Counted from the first letter of the stretch, positions 28,742 to 40,128 are shown. The stretch is DNA of 64,000 nt from a candidate division WOR-3 bacterium (GCA_965649295.1 CBFGKH010000001.1:128001-192000); one strand, 5' to 3'. Numbers and translations are program-made. Notes: a model not told the origin generated them from the sequence alone.

Positions 28742-28952
28742 AGACCCATAAGCCAGAACTGGCCCCGCACCTTGAAAGGGGTGCAACGAGCGATTCTCAC
28801 CCGAGACAAGAATCCTCATTCACTTGGGCCTTATGGTGCTCTGAGCTAGAGCCGGTCGCGGTTGGCTGTTTGTTCAAGACTAACCACAGCCATGCCGTTT
28901 GCGCCCTGATGGAAAAACCGCGGCGATTGGGTCGCACCGAGACCGCAGTTGC

Positions 28953-28980
28953 TTGACTGGTTCACTAGAAGCCCTAGAAT
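28953..28980 (+). promoter_or_regulatory. Sigma70-like promoter (pepP-efp operon)
   Basis: TTGACT-16-TAGAAT, 8 nt to ATG 28989. Confidence 0.72.
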
Positions 28981-28988
28981 CCACTTTC

Positions 28989-30047
28989 ATGACCAGCAGA
29001 ATCAGGCAGTTGCGCAACAAACTGGCAGCTGGCCGGCTCGACGGCCTGCTAGTAACCGACCCGCTCAATGTCCGCTACCTATGCGGCTACACCGGCTCGA
29101 ACGGTGCTATGCTTGTCACGCGCGAGACCGCCTGGTTCTTCACCGACTTCCGCTACAAGGAACAGATTCGCACCGAAGTCACTGGCTGCCGCAAGCGGAT
29201 CCTCAAACGCCACCTACTTGCCGAGTTTCCTACTGACGTTCTCCGTGGCCTACACCGGCTTGGATTTGAACAGCATCACCTGACCGTCGGCTCATACCGC
29301 CTACTCCGAAAGCAAGTCAGCAGGATTCGACTTGTGCCAACTGCCGACCTGGTTATTGGCCTTCGCCGCACCAAGGAGCCTGCCGAGGTGCGAACGATCA
29401 TGAAGGCACAGGCAGTAGTGGATGCCACCTTCAAGGCCGTGCTGCCGCTGCTGCGGCCGGGCACCAGCGAAAAGGAGATTGCCCTGGCGATCGAGTCACG
29501 TTTTCGCGAGGCCGGTGAGGTCGCGTTCAGTTCGATTGTCGCCTCCGGACCGAATGGCGCCAAGCCTCATGCCGGGTTCAGCGACCGCAAGCTGCGCAAG
29601 GGCGATGCCGTTACCCTTGACATCGGCTGCCGCATCAACGGCTACTGTTCGGATATGACCCGAACCGTCTTCATCGGCAAGGCGCCAGCCCGACTCCGCC
29701 AGGTCTATGAAATCGTGCTCGCGGCGCAAGGCTTGGCCCTGGCTGGCCTGGGCCCAGGTGTCCGGGCCGCTGCTGTTGATGCCCTTGCCCGTGACCATAT
29801 CAAGCGCCACGGCTTCGGCAAGGAGTTCGGCCACTCACTCGGTCACGGTGTCGGCCTGGCCGTGCACGAGCTACCAACCCTGGCCGGGACCAGCAAGGAT
29901 GTGCTCCAGCCTGGCGACATTGTAACAGTTGAACCCGGCATCTACCTGCCTGGGCAGGGCGGTGTCCGGATCGAGGATATGGTTCTCATCACTCCCCAGG
30001 GCTACCAGAACCTAACCCACAGCCCCAAGGAGTTGATCGAGCTCTAG
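28989..30047 (+). CDS. Xaa-Pro aminopeptidase/dipeptidase (M24B)
   Basis: NVRYLCGYTGS, TDFRY, KPH, DIG, YCSDMTRT, HSLGHGVGL.VHE, TVEPGIY and GVRIED. Confidence 0.93.
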   Translation: MTSRIRQLRNKLAAGRLDGLLVTDPLNVRYLCGYTGSNGAMLVTRETAWFFTDFRYKEQIRTEVTGCRKRILKRHLLAEFPTDVLRGLHRLGFEQHHLTVGSYRLLRKQVSRIRLVPTADLVIGLRRTKEPAEVRTIMKAQAVVDATFKAVLPLLRPGTSEKEIALAIESRFREAGEVAFSSIVASGPNGAKPHAGFSDRKLRKGDAVTLDIGCRINGYCSDMTRTVFIGKAPARLRQVYEIVLAAQGLALAGLGPGVRAAAVDALARDHIKRHGFGKEFGHSLGHGVGLAVHELPTLAGTSKDVLQPGDIVTVEPGIYLPGQGGVRIEDMVLITPQGYQNLTHSPKELIEL

Positions 30048-30068
30048 CCCACCAAGGAGAGAGTTGCG

Positions 30069-30626
30069 ATGATAACACCCAACGAATTCAAGTCCGGTAC
30101 CCTCATCCGTTACAACGGCGAGATGTACGAGGTTATGACCTACTCGCGTACTCGCACTGCGCAGCGCCGGGCCCGGGTGCTGGCCCGGATTCGCAACCTG
30201 AAGACCGGAGCGATTATCGAGGAGTCGTTCGAGTCGGAGATGAAACTCGAAGAACTCGAGGTGGAACGTCACCGCTGTCAGTACATGTATCAGGACGACC
30301 TCGGCTATCACTTCATGGACACCGGCAGCTATGAGCAGATAACCCTCTCCCCTGAAGTCCTCGGCGACAAACGCCTCTATCTCACTGAGGGTCTCGAACT
30401 GGACATAGACTATATTGACGGCCAGCCGCTTGTCGTCGAGCCGCCGATGTTCGTGGTACTCGAAGTCGTTGATACCGAACCGAACTTTCGCGGTGACACT
30501 GCCACTGGCGGCGGCAAGCCGGCCCGACTGCAGACCGGCCTGGTCGTGACGGTTCCCTTCTTCATCAAGAACGGTGACCGGGTGCGCATTGACACCCGCA
30601 CCAACACCTACGTCGAGCGGGCCTAG
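30069..30626 (+). CDS. efp: Elongation factor P with atypical tip loop
   Basis: RNLKTG, YHFMD..SYEQ, TEPNFRGDTATGGGKPA.LQTG..V.VPFFI..GD...IDTR..YVER. SD 'aaggag'. Confidence 0.95.
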   Translation: MITPNEFKSGTLIRYNGEMYEVMTYSRTRTAQRRARVLARIRNLKTGAIIEESFESEMKLEELEVERHRCQYMYQDDLGYHFMDTGSYEQITLSPEVLGDKRLYLTEGLELDIDYIDGQPLVVEPPMFVVLEVVDTEPNFRGDTATGGGKPARLQTGLVVTVPFFIKNGDRVRIDTRTNTYVERA

Positions 30627-31988
<1,362 letters not shown>

Positions 31989-32706
31989 TTGCAAATCAAC
32001 GTCGCCCCAACCCCAATCGAACTCGACGAACCCACCTCTGACGCAGTCGCCGTCGTCATTGACGTATTTCGCGCCTCGACAACCATAGTCACTGCCCTGG
32101 CAGCCGGAGCACGACTTGTGCTGCCGACCGAAGACGTCGAGCAGGCAGTCCGACTGGCCGCGCCCTATCGCAAAGGCGAGGCCCTGCTCGGCGGCGAACG
32201 TGAGTGTCAACGGATTGAGGGATTCCAACTCGGCAACTCCCCGCGCGAATACACCAAAGAAGTCGTAGCCGGTAAAGTGATTATCTTCACAACTACTAAT
32301 GGCACACGGGCACTACTCGCCGCCCGCGAGTACCCGACGACCTATGTCGGCTGCTTCCTCAACCTCAGCGCAATCGCCACAGCCGTAGCAAGCAGCAACG
32401 TAGTTAGCATCATCTGTGCCGGCAATGCTGGAACGCCAGAGCCTCGAAGACTACATCTGTGCCGGAGCGCTCGTTGACCGGCTGACCGGCCCCAGTGTTC
32501 AACTCAATGACGCAGCGTTAGTTGCCAAAGCTGCCTGGCGCAACCTCCGCCGCACCTTCCGAACCGTGCTCCAGACCAGCACCCATGCCCAAACCCTTGC
32601 CAGCCTCGGCTATGGTCCAGACATGGAAATAGCACTGAAGATTGACTCAATACCCGTCGTCCCAATCATCAGCGACGGTCGCATCACCGCGGCCGCACTT
32701 GCCTAA
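31989..32706 (+). pseudogene. comB: 2-phosphosulfolactate phosphatase (ComB family), frameshifted
   Basis: VIDVFRASTT, GGER, GNSP and TTTNGT are in one frame; 'SLEDYICAG', STHA and DMEIA are in the +1 frame. An apparent extra base lies near 32432-32433. Confidence 0.8.
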
Positions 32707-32811
32707 GTCCGTCTCCCAGCGTATAATATCGTATCGTGCTGACTAGACACGATGACTACCAAAGAATGGTAGCTTCACCAAAGGGGTTGGACGGTAACCT
32801 CCCGGCCTAGT

Positions 32812-34491
32812 ATGCCTACTGCTGTCCGGTCACGAGAATTGGCTGTCGCACAGGCAATCGCCACGGTCGAGTCAACCCTCGAACGTTCGGCCCGTTACTA
32901 CCCCCGCGACCTTCCTTCCCATCATTACGCCCGCCGCACTGGCTGGCACCTTCAGTTACACCGCTCCAGCAGTGGCTTCTGTCGTTACGAGCCGGACGAG
33001 TTCGCACGACTCTCACCGCTAGCGCAGCAGCTCGAGATTGGCCGTGCTCATGCCGAAGCCTTGCTGGTGAGTGAAGCGCTCGGCGAGGTGATTATCAACA
33101 CCACCGAACGCGAAGCCCTGATTGTACGTGCACTTGGCATCCTGCCGACCACCGAGGCCGACCGTTTGGCAGAAGTGCTTGCCTGCTCGGAACTCCAGCC
33201 TCGTCGCATCTGCCGCACTGCCGAGACTACTCTCACCGCCGTAGAGCAGATTGAGGCCGAGTTCGGCCCAGCCACCAGCCTGCTCTACGGCATGCTCGTT
33301 CTCGCCGGCGTGCGCGACGAGCCGGCCATGCTCCGCGAGGCAGCAAGGTTCGACACTCTTTTCGAACGGATTGTGGCTGCTCCGGCAGTCATCTCGGCCC
33401 TGAATCAATCATTGCCCGGTGACGAAACTGCTCGGTTCAACGTCCTCTTTTCGCTGCTACTGGCCGTAAGGGAAGAACTCTGGCGCTTGCGGCCCAATCG
33501 GGTCTCGACCGAGTTTCTCCTGCCGCAGGTGATTGCCGGCTATCTTGGCGAGCGTCCTGGCGTCGGCAACTCTCTCGGTCTTGCCATCATTGACGGACTG
33601 GTTATGGCCAAACTCGGGTTCCCGGTCAGTTGGGATATCGAGAATGACATCATCTACCTGCAGGTGATGGTTGATTCTCGCCGCATCTGCTGGGACCTGA
33701 CCCGACCGTCGCCGCTCTCCTTCGTCTCAATCTGCCGCGGCCGCAGCCTTGACCGCCGTGGCCTGTTTGCCGTTGCCTGGGGCTCGCTGGCCGCCTTCTG
33801 CTTCGGTCGCAGCATGTGGGACAAGGCGATTGACTCCTACAATCGGGTGCTCGAACTTGAGCCAGACTCCACTGCTGCTCGCACCAGCCTAGCTGTCTGC
33901 TACCTGCGCAAAGGTCTGCCAAACGAGGCAATCAAGCTCCTCAAGCAGGCTCTCGCTGCTGACCCGAACTCGGCCGAAGCCTATCATCAGCTTGGCAACG
34001 CCTACGCCACAACCGGCAACTGGTCGCGGGCCATTGACGCCTTCAAACATGCCCTCCGCATCCGGCCGGACTACGTTGAGGTTTATAACAACCTTGGGTT
34101 TGCCTACATGCACACCGATAATCCGACCCAGGCGGTTGCTGCCTTCGAGGCCGCCATCGAGCACCGCCCTGACTACCATCAGGCCTATTTCAATCTCGGC
34201 AACTTCTATTTCGAGCGGGGCGAGCTCGACCGGGCAATCAAGTACTTTCGCGAAACGGTCCGGCTCGCACCGAAGCTGGCCGGCGCGCACTACAACCTCG
34301 GCCGCGCCTACTACGAGAAAGGCGATATTGACAATGCTATCCACAGCTATCAGAAGGCGGTCCAGCTCGAACCCAAACACTTCGGTGCCTGGCACAATCT
34401 TGGCATTGCCTACCGCGACAAAGGCCAGACCGAGAAGGCAGTTGCGGCCCTGGAAAAGGCAGTAACAATCAATCCCAACCTGATGAGGTAA
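32812..34491 (+). CDS. TPR-repeat protein with transglutaminase-like (SirB1-like) central domain
   Basis: About 7 C-terminal TPRs (AEAYHQLGNAY, AYFNLGNFY, AWHNLGIAY) and central 'GNSLGLAII...KLGFPV'. Confidence 0.8.
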   Translation: MPTAVRSRELAVAQAIATVESTLERSARYYPRDLPSHHYARRTGWHLQLHRSSSGFCRYEPDEFARLSPLAQQLEIGRAHAEALLVSEALGEVIINTTEREALIVRALGILPTTEADRLAEVLACSELQPRRICRTAETTLTAVEQIEAEFGPATSLLYGMLVLAGVRDEPAMLREAARFDTLFERIVAAPAVISALNQSLPGDETARFNVLFSLLLAVREELWRLRPNRVSTEFLLPQVIAGYLGERPGVGNSLGLAIIDGLVMAKLGFPVSWDIENDIIYLQVMVDSRRICWDLTRPSPLSFVSICRGRSLDRRGLFAVAWGSLAAFCFGRSMWDKAIDSYNRVLELEPDSTAARTSLAVCYLRKGLPNEAIKLLKQALAADPNSAEAYHQLGNAYATTGNWSRAIDAFKHALRIRPDYVEVYNNLGFAYMHTDNPTQAVAAFEAAIEHRPDYHQAYFNLGNFYFERGELDRAIKYFRETVRLAPKLAGAHYNLGRAYYEKGDIDNAIHSYQKAVQLEPKHFGAWHNLGIAYRDKGQTEKAVAALEKAVTINPNLMR

Positions 34492-34494
34492 CCG

Positions 34495-35319
34495 GTGGGA
34501 CTGCTCAACTGGTTCAAGTCCATCTTCCGCCGCCGCGAGACTGAACTCTCTTCCTTTGTCTGGAAGCCGGGTCGCATCGGCCCCCGCTTCGACTGGCTTG
34601 ACTACACCCACATCATCATCCGCGAGGGCCCACTCAAGAATCAGCAGGTTGAACTCATCACCGACATTCAGGAGACACGAGCCAACGCTTACGTCTCAAT
34701 CAACGGCGTGCAGGTCGGCCGCACCTATGTCGAACGCGACCCACCCGGCAAGGGCGTCGTGCTCTGGGACATCGCTGTCAAACAGGAATACCGCCGCAAA
34801 GGCCTCGCCTCGATAATGACCTACTGCATCTTTCGCGAGCTGCTCACGCTGCAGGAAAGCGCGTTCTTCAAGATTCGGATGATGCGGCTGATGAAGCCGA
34901 CCGACAAGAACGTTGAACTTCAGAACGTCGGCATCGGTGTCATCGCCAATCGCCTCGGCTTCACCCCGGAGTTTCGCATTGACCGTATCCTCCATCCCGA
35001 CAACATCTCAGGCATCGAGATTCTACCGGCCAAAGGCGACTTCCCGCCCAGCTTCAAGATTGTCATCCGCACCTTCCCCCTGGTACTGATTGCCTTTGTC
35101 CTCGACCAGGACACCCTCAAACCGGTTGACGATTTCCGCACCTATGTCAAGCTGTCCAAGGACGAGCGGGTCATCTTTGACTGGGTTCAGCGCGGTCTGA
35201 TTGTCATTGGCAACGGTAACTACTGGTTACGCCGCAACGGCCTCGACCAGTTTGTCAACCACCTGGCCACCGATGAATTTGAGGCGCGGGTTTTCCGCCG
35301 CCGCTTGAGGGCAGTCTAG
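34495..35319 (+). CDS. GNAT-fold acetyltransferase-like protein
   Basis: Motif A 'WDIAVKQEYRRKGLAS'. Confidence 0.7.
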   Translation: MGLLNWFKSIFRRRETELSSFVWKPGRIGPRFDWLDYTHIIIREGPLKNQQVELITDIQETRANAYVSINGVQVGRTYVERDPPGKGVVLWDIAVKQEYRRKGLASIMTYCIFRELLTLQESAFFKIRMMRLMKPTDKNVELQNVGIGVIANRLGFTPEFRIDRILHPDNISGIEILPAKGDFPPSFKIVIRTFPLVLIAFVLDQDTLKPVDDFRTYVKLSKDERVIFDWVQRGLIVIGNGNYWLRRNGLDQFVNHLATDEFEARVFRRRLRAV

Positions 35320-35985
35320 TTGCCGGCACGGTTGCGACTCGATGCCCAGCGCTGCATCGAGATAGCCTATGCGCGACTCAGCCCCCGCATCGGCTGCGGG
35401 CTGATGCTTGCCAGTCTGCCGACGATTGACAGCCCTGACCCGCTCGTCAACGTAATGGACAACTACGGTCTGGGCCGCCTTGCTGCCGACAAACCTGCCC
35501 AGAAGCTGCTCAACAACCCCGGGCTGCTCAAACCGTTCTTTGACAACGCCTTCACCCATCGCCTGCCGCTGAAGCAGAACTTCCGCGAGTCCTTTGGCCA
35601 CGTCGAACTCTACCTCGCCTACGACCCCAGCCAGAAGCGCGCCTGGTTTGTTAGCGACCCCCAAAACAAAATCGCCCTTACCAACTACTTCCGCGACGCC
35701 GTCTCGCTCAGCCTCAAGGCTTCCGGCATCACCCTTCAAGGCTCGCCGGTCAAACTCACCCCGGTCGGCTGGCAGAATCTCCACGACCTTCTCACCGACA
35801 AGTTCCTCAACGACCACAAGGACATTCAACGTATCGAAATCATGAGTCTCGTCTCTGGCACTCGCTGGCGGCAGAACTGCCTCGGCATCGGCGTCACCCT
35901 GCTCAACTTCCGCGACCTGATCGAGATTCGCAAGCTTGTCGAGGACGCCTACCAGGGCAAGGGTGGTGGCGAAGTTACGGTATGA
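35320..35985 (+). CDS. Hypothetical protein
   Basis: Strong coding-like codon bias; ATGA overlap with the next gene. Confidence 0.7.
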   Translation: MPARLRLDAQRCIEIAYARLSPRIGCGLMLASLPTIDSPDPLVNVMDNYGLGRLAADKPAQKLLNNPGLLKPFFDNAFTHRLPLKQNFRESFGHVELYLAYDPSQKRAWFVSDPQNKIALTNYFRDAVSLSLKASGITLQGSPVKLTPVGWQNLHDLLTDKFLNDHKDIQRIEIMSLVSGTRWRQNCLGIGVTLLNFRDLIEIRKLVEDAYQGKGGGEVTV

Positions 35986-37679
35986 ACCTGCTACTACTCC
36001 TGCTCGCCGCCGCCGTACCGACGCTCGCTCCTTCTGAACTCAGGCCGGGCATGAAAGGCTACGGCCTGTCGGTCTTCTTTGGCACGAAGATTGAACGTTT
36101 CGAAGCCGAGGTGATTGACGTAATGCCAGGAGTTTGGCCGCGTTCAGACATGATTCTTTGCCGATTGAGCGGCCAGGGTCTAGAAGAGTCCGGTATCGTC
36201 GCTGGCATGTCTGGCTCACCAGTTTACATTGACGGCAAGCTAATCGGCGCTGTCGCCTATGGCTGGGAGTTTGCCAAAGAGCCGATTGCCGGCATCACCC
36301 CGATCGGTCCAATGCTCGACATCTGGCAGGCTGGTGATGCCGAGGGCTGGCGGCCAGGCCATCGCAGCCATCTCGCTACTAGCCCCAAAACACCGACCGG
36401 ACTGCGGCCACTCGGTCTGCCACTCGCAGTAGCTGGTCTCACCCCAAATCTGGCTCGCCTACTCGCACCTGAACTCGACTCGCTTGGCCTCTTCCCGGTT
36501 GCCGCCACCGGCCGCACCACCCGTCCCACCGACACTGCTGCCCTTGTGCCGGGCGCGGCAGTCGGCGTACTCCTGGTTGACGGCGATGTCCAGTTCTCCG
36601 GCATCGGCACCCTGACCTATCGTGAGGGTGACCGCATTCTGGCCTTCGGCCATCCGATGTTTGGCGCCGGGCAGGTACGTCTCCCGTTGATTGGCGGCAT
36701 CATCCACTCAGTGCTACCGTCAGCCCTCTCTTCGTTCAAACTCTTCACCCCGACCAGCCCGATTGGAACAGTCACCCAGGACCGGTTTTTTGGAATCGGC
36801 GGCGTCATCGGCCCGCCAGCACCAATGGTACCGCTGCGGATCGAGCTGAGCTCGCCAACCACCCGTGACGGGTACAATTGCCGAGTAATCGAGCAGGAGC
36901 AGCTTGCGCCGATACTTGTCAGCGCGGCACTGGCTGACGTCGTCTATCAGACTGAAGGCTCGCTCGAAGAGATGACTCTCGACTCACGAATGACTCTCTT
37001 TTTCTGCCCCGCCACCGGTCAACAGTCTGCACCGCTTGTCGTTCGGCACCAGCTTGCCGGCCTTGACCCGGCTGCTGCCCTGTTCCGCCGAGCTCGGGCC
37101 GAGCTCGATGCGGTCTGGAACAACGGCTTCGCCCCTGTCCGCGTTGACAGCATCACCTTCGAGCTACGCCTGCGCCGGGGCCAGCGGCTCTGCTATCTCG
37201 AAGCTGCCGAGCCAGAGCCGGCTACTGTCCGACCGGGCGACAGTGTCCGCGCTCGCCTGCGCCTGCGCGAATTTCGCGGCCAGACCTGGCAGAAGACCGT
37301 GACCTTCACCGTACCGCCAACTGCGCCGGCTGGTGAGCTTGAGGTAGTTATCACCACCGCCGATACCCTACGGGCTTTTGAGAGCATGCGGGCCCGGCCC
37401 CTGGTCGAACCCCGTTCACTTGACCGGCTCCAAAGCCTGCTTGCCGAATCCGGTCGCGAGGACGAATTGGTCATTGCCGGCTACAGCCGGACAACTGGTT
37501 TGGTTATCGCTGATGACGAACTGCCCGCGCCGCCGCCCTCATTCAGTTCGGTTGTCGCAAACCGCAGCAATGCCGAGTCAACCACCCTTTATCAGAGCCG
37601 ACTTTTCCGCCAAGTCCTACCATTCGACCGGGTAGTTTCCGGCTCTGCTCGCTTTCGCCTAGAAGTCAGGAGGCAGTAG
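35982..37679 (+). CDS. SpoIVB peptidase S55 domain protein, secreted
   Basis: LRPGMKGYG, GIVAGMSGSPVYIDGKLIGAVAYG, GITPI, GTLT, AFGHP and QDR. Confidence 0.9.
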   Translation: MNLLLLLLAAAVPTLAPSELRPGMKGYGLSVFFGTKIERFEAEVIDVMPGVWPRSDMILCRLSGQGLEESGIVAGMSGSPVYIDGKLIGAVAYGWEFAKEPIAGITPIGPMLDIWQAGDAEGWRPGHRSHLATSPKTPTGLRPLGLPLAVAGLTPNLARLLAPELDSLGLFPVAATGRTTRPTDTAALVPGAAVGVLLVDGDVQFSGIGTLTYREGDRILAFGHPMFGAGQVRLPLIGGIIHSVLPSALSSFKLFTPTSPIGTVTQDRFFGIGGVIGPPAPMVPLRIELSSPTTRDGYNCRVIEQEQLAPILVSAALADVVYQTEGSLEEMTLDSRMTLFFCPATGQQSAPLVVRHQLAGLDPAAALFRRARAELDAVWNNGFAPVRVDSITFELRLRRGQRLCYLEAAEPEPATVRPGDSVRARLRLREFRGQTWQKTVTFTVPPTAPAGELEVVITTADTLRAFESMRARPLVEPRSLDRLQSLLAESGREDELVIAGYSRTTGLVIADDELPAPPPSFSSVVANRSNAESTTLYQSRLFRQVLPFDRVVSGSARFRLEVRRQ

Positions 37680-39686
37680 ATGGCATCAAGAACTCAGAAC
37701 CCAGCATTCAACGTTCTCCACTCTCGGTTCAGACTCCTCGTCCTCTGTACTTTCTTACCTGCCCTCGGCTCGGCGGCAGTCTGGACAACCGACGGCACCG
37801 ACTCGCTCTTGGCCGCGATTGAACGGATTGAGTTCAACAACGTCACAATCAGTTCCAATGGCACCATCACCCTTGCTCCAGAACTGGTCGAGAAGGCAGC
37901 GACCGGTGACAACTCGGTCTGGTCAGTCTGTCCGGACAAGTCCGGGAACATCTACTTTGGCACCGGCCCTAATGCCCGCCTCTATCGGCTGGGTCGCGGC
38001 CAAGCTCAGCCCGAGCTCCTCCACGATGGCGGCACTGGTGAGCTCCTCGCCATCACTGCCGATCCTCGTGGCACCATCTACTTCGCAGTTACGCCTGAGG
38101 CCCGCATCTACCGGCTTCGGCCCGGCGGCCGACCTGAACCCTTCTTCGACACAAAGGAGAAATACCTAAGCTCGCTGCTCTGCGGACCCGACGGCACGCT
38201 CTACTGCGCTACCGGTCCCAATGGCAAGCTCTACCGGATAGCGCCGGACAGTCGGGGTGTCGAAATCTTCGCTGCCCCGCAGGCGAACATCTCCACCCTG
38301 GCCTGGCTCGCGGTGGGTAGAACCCTGCTCGCCGGCACTTCTCCAGACGGCATCGTCTATCGTCTCGAACTCGAAACCGACCAGCCGAGACCCCAAGTCA
38401 CCGTTCTCTACGACACGCCTGAGAATGAAGTCCGCAGCCTTGTCGTCGCCGGTGACATCTACATTGGCACCAATCCTGGTTCAGACGGAACCGGCGATAC
38501 GTCTCGGCCTCGCGTCTATCGCACATCCCCTGACGGCACTCTCCGGTGGGTCTGGACTGCACCGGAGACAACCCTCTTTGCTCTGGCCCCACGACAGAAC
38601 TCCCTCCTCGTTGCTACTGGCAACCGTGGCATTATCTACCAGCTCGACACTCTTGGCCGGCTCTCAGTCTGGCACCGGTCTCAGAACCGCCAAGTCCTGG
38701 CCCTGGCGGTCACTGCTCAAGGTTGCTGGCTCGGCACTGGCACCAGCGGCCGCCTCTACCTCGCCGGTGCCAACCCGGCCCGTTCTGGTCAACTCTCATC
38801 AGCACCATTCGACTGCCAGAACCCAGCCCGCTTTGGCCGCCTCGATTTCCGCGGCCAAGTGCCAGCCGGCACCAGCCTCTCCTTTGAGACCCGCTCTGGC
38901 AACTCAGCAGCGCCCGACTCAACCTGGAATCCCTGGCAACCCGTGCAGGGCCGGGTTGCGGCTGCGCCGGCTCGGTTCCTCCAGTGGCGGGCCCTGCTCG
39001 CCACCGAGTTCCCAGACCGCACACCGCTTCTCAGCCGCGTTGACATCTACTACGAGATTGCCAACCGCGCACCAGCCATTCGCAAGCTCGAAGTCGCTCC
39101 GCTGACTGCGGTTGACGCTCGCAAGGGTGTAGCTCGACCGACCCGCACCGTTACTTGGGAAGCAACTGACCCTGACTCTGACTCGCTCAGCTATCGGCTC
39201 TACTTCCGCGCCGAGGGCGATAAGAACTGGCAACCGGTCAGCCGCGAAATCACCGAACCGAGGTTTGAACTCGACACCCGCGCCATTGCTGACGGCTGGT
39301 ATGAACTCCGCCTGACCGCGTCTGATGCGCCTGACCGACCCAGGCAATCAGCCCAGACATCCGAGTTTATCAGCCGACCATTCCTCGTGGACAACACCGC
39401 ACCGGTCATTTCCGACCTTCGCGCCACCAGAAAGCCTAGCGCCGGCCAAGAGTCAACAATCACCCTCTCGTTCAGCGCCACCGATGCCCTCTCCGTGATT
39501 GCTGCCTGCCGCGTTACCACCAATGTCGGCGAATGGCAACCGATTATGCCAGCCGATACAATTTTCGATTCGAGCACCGAACGTTTTGAGACAACTCTGC
39601 AGCTCGGCCCTGAAGCCAGCACCATTGCAGTCTGGGTCGCTGATGCTCAGGGCAACGTCGGCACAGCCCGGATAAGGGTTCCCTAG
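37680..39686 (+). CDS. Secreted beta-propeller protein with C-terminal Ig/FN3-like domains
   Basis: Repeated 'IYFGTGPNARLYRL / LYCATGPNGKLYRI / LLAGTSPDGIVYRL' blades, 'ETRSGN..PD..W..W', 'WEATDPDSDSL.Y' and 'VDNTAP'. Confidence 0.8.
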   Translation: MASRTQNPAFNVLHSRFRLLVLCTFLPALGSAAVWTTDGTDSLLAAIERIEFNNVTISSNGTITLAPELVEKAATGDNSVWSVCPDKSGNIYFGTGPNARLYRLGRGQAQPELLHDGGTGELLAITADPRGTIYFAVTPEARIYRLRPGGRPEPFFDTKEKYLSSLLCGPDGTLYCATGPNGKLYRIAPDSRGVEIFAAPQANISTLAWLAVGRTLLAGTSPDGIVYRLELETDQPRPQVTVLYDTPENEVRSLVVAGDIYIGTNPGSDGTGDTSRPRVYRTSPDGTLRWVWTAPETTLFALAPRQNSLLVATGNRGIIYQLDTLGRLSVWHRSQNRQVLALAVTAQGCWLGTGTSGRLYLAGANPARSGQLSSAPFDCQNPARFGRLDFRGQVPAGTSLSFETRSGNSAAPDSTWNPWQPVQGRVAAAPARFLQWRALLATEFPDRTPLLSRVDIYYEIANRAPAIRKLEVAPLTAVDARKGVARPTRTVTWEATDPDSDSLSYRLYFRAEGDKNWQPVSREITEPRFELDTRAIADGWYELRLTASDAPDRPRQSAQTSEFISRPFLVDNTAPVISDLRATRKPSAGQESTITLSFSATDALSVIAACRVTTNVGEWQPIMPADTIFDSSTERFETTLQLGPEASTIAVWVADAQGNVGTARIRVP

Positions 39687-39699
39687 CCCAACACCGGAC

Positions 39700-40060
39700 T
39701 TCCCCCGACTGCCTCAGACCTGTTTGAGAGAGCTGGTCCAAGCAGCGTAGTAAACAGAGTTCCCAGCCCTGCGGGCAAGAACCCGGACAACGGCCCTGCG
39801 AGTGGTTCTGGGCATGCCAGTCCCAATAGCACAACCAACCCTTCGCCGAACAGCCCAACCAGCCCTTATGCGGACCCTTGGCCGAGCTAAGCCTCCGGCT
39901 ATCCACCAAGCCCTGTTGCCAGTACCTCTGCCGGTAGCCTGATGGGCAGACCCACGGGCAACCTAACCGGTGATTCCCCGAGCCACTCCCGGGACAGTCC
40001 CCGGGATGGGGCCTCAGAAAACCGTATTCATGGACTAACCCACTGTTCTCACGACACTTG
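39700..40060 (+). repeat. 12-nt periodic degenerate array with terminal motif, copy C
   Basis: Units cggtagcctgat/gggcagacccac/gggcaacctaac/cggtgattcccc/gagccactcccg/ggacagtccccg/ggat, then 27 nt, then ctaacccactgttctcacgacacttg (40035-40060). Confidence 0.62.
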
Positions 40061-40082
40061 CAACCAGGTTCCGCTCGGTTCC

Positions 40083-40106
40083 GCTGTGTACTTCATAGTA
40101 CACAGC
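40083..40106. terminator. Hairpin, possible terminator of the convergent CRTAC1-like gene
   Basis: gctgtgtac-ttcata-gtacacagc, a perfect 9-bp stem. Confidence 0.5.
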
Positions 40107-40128
40107 CGGATAACCGATGCCGCTACTG

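Noticed and set aside
28247..28849. 200-aa ORF, and the similar ORFs 10835-11104 and 39942-40265, as real genes
   Set aside because: They are Ser/Pro/Arg-rich readings of the 12-mer arrays with no SD or promoter support, and two overlap real opposite-strand genes. Coding status is not supported, though not formally excluded.
28850..28950. Possible riboswitch or ncRNA upstream of pepP
   Set aside because: Only short, weak hairpins with no recognisable aptamer, and the predicted promoter lies downstream of them.
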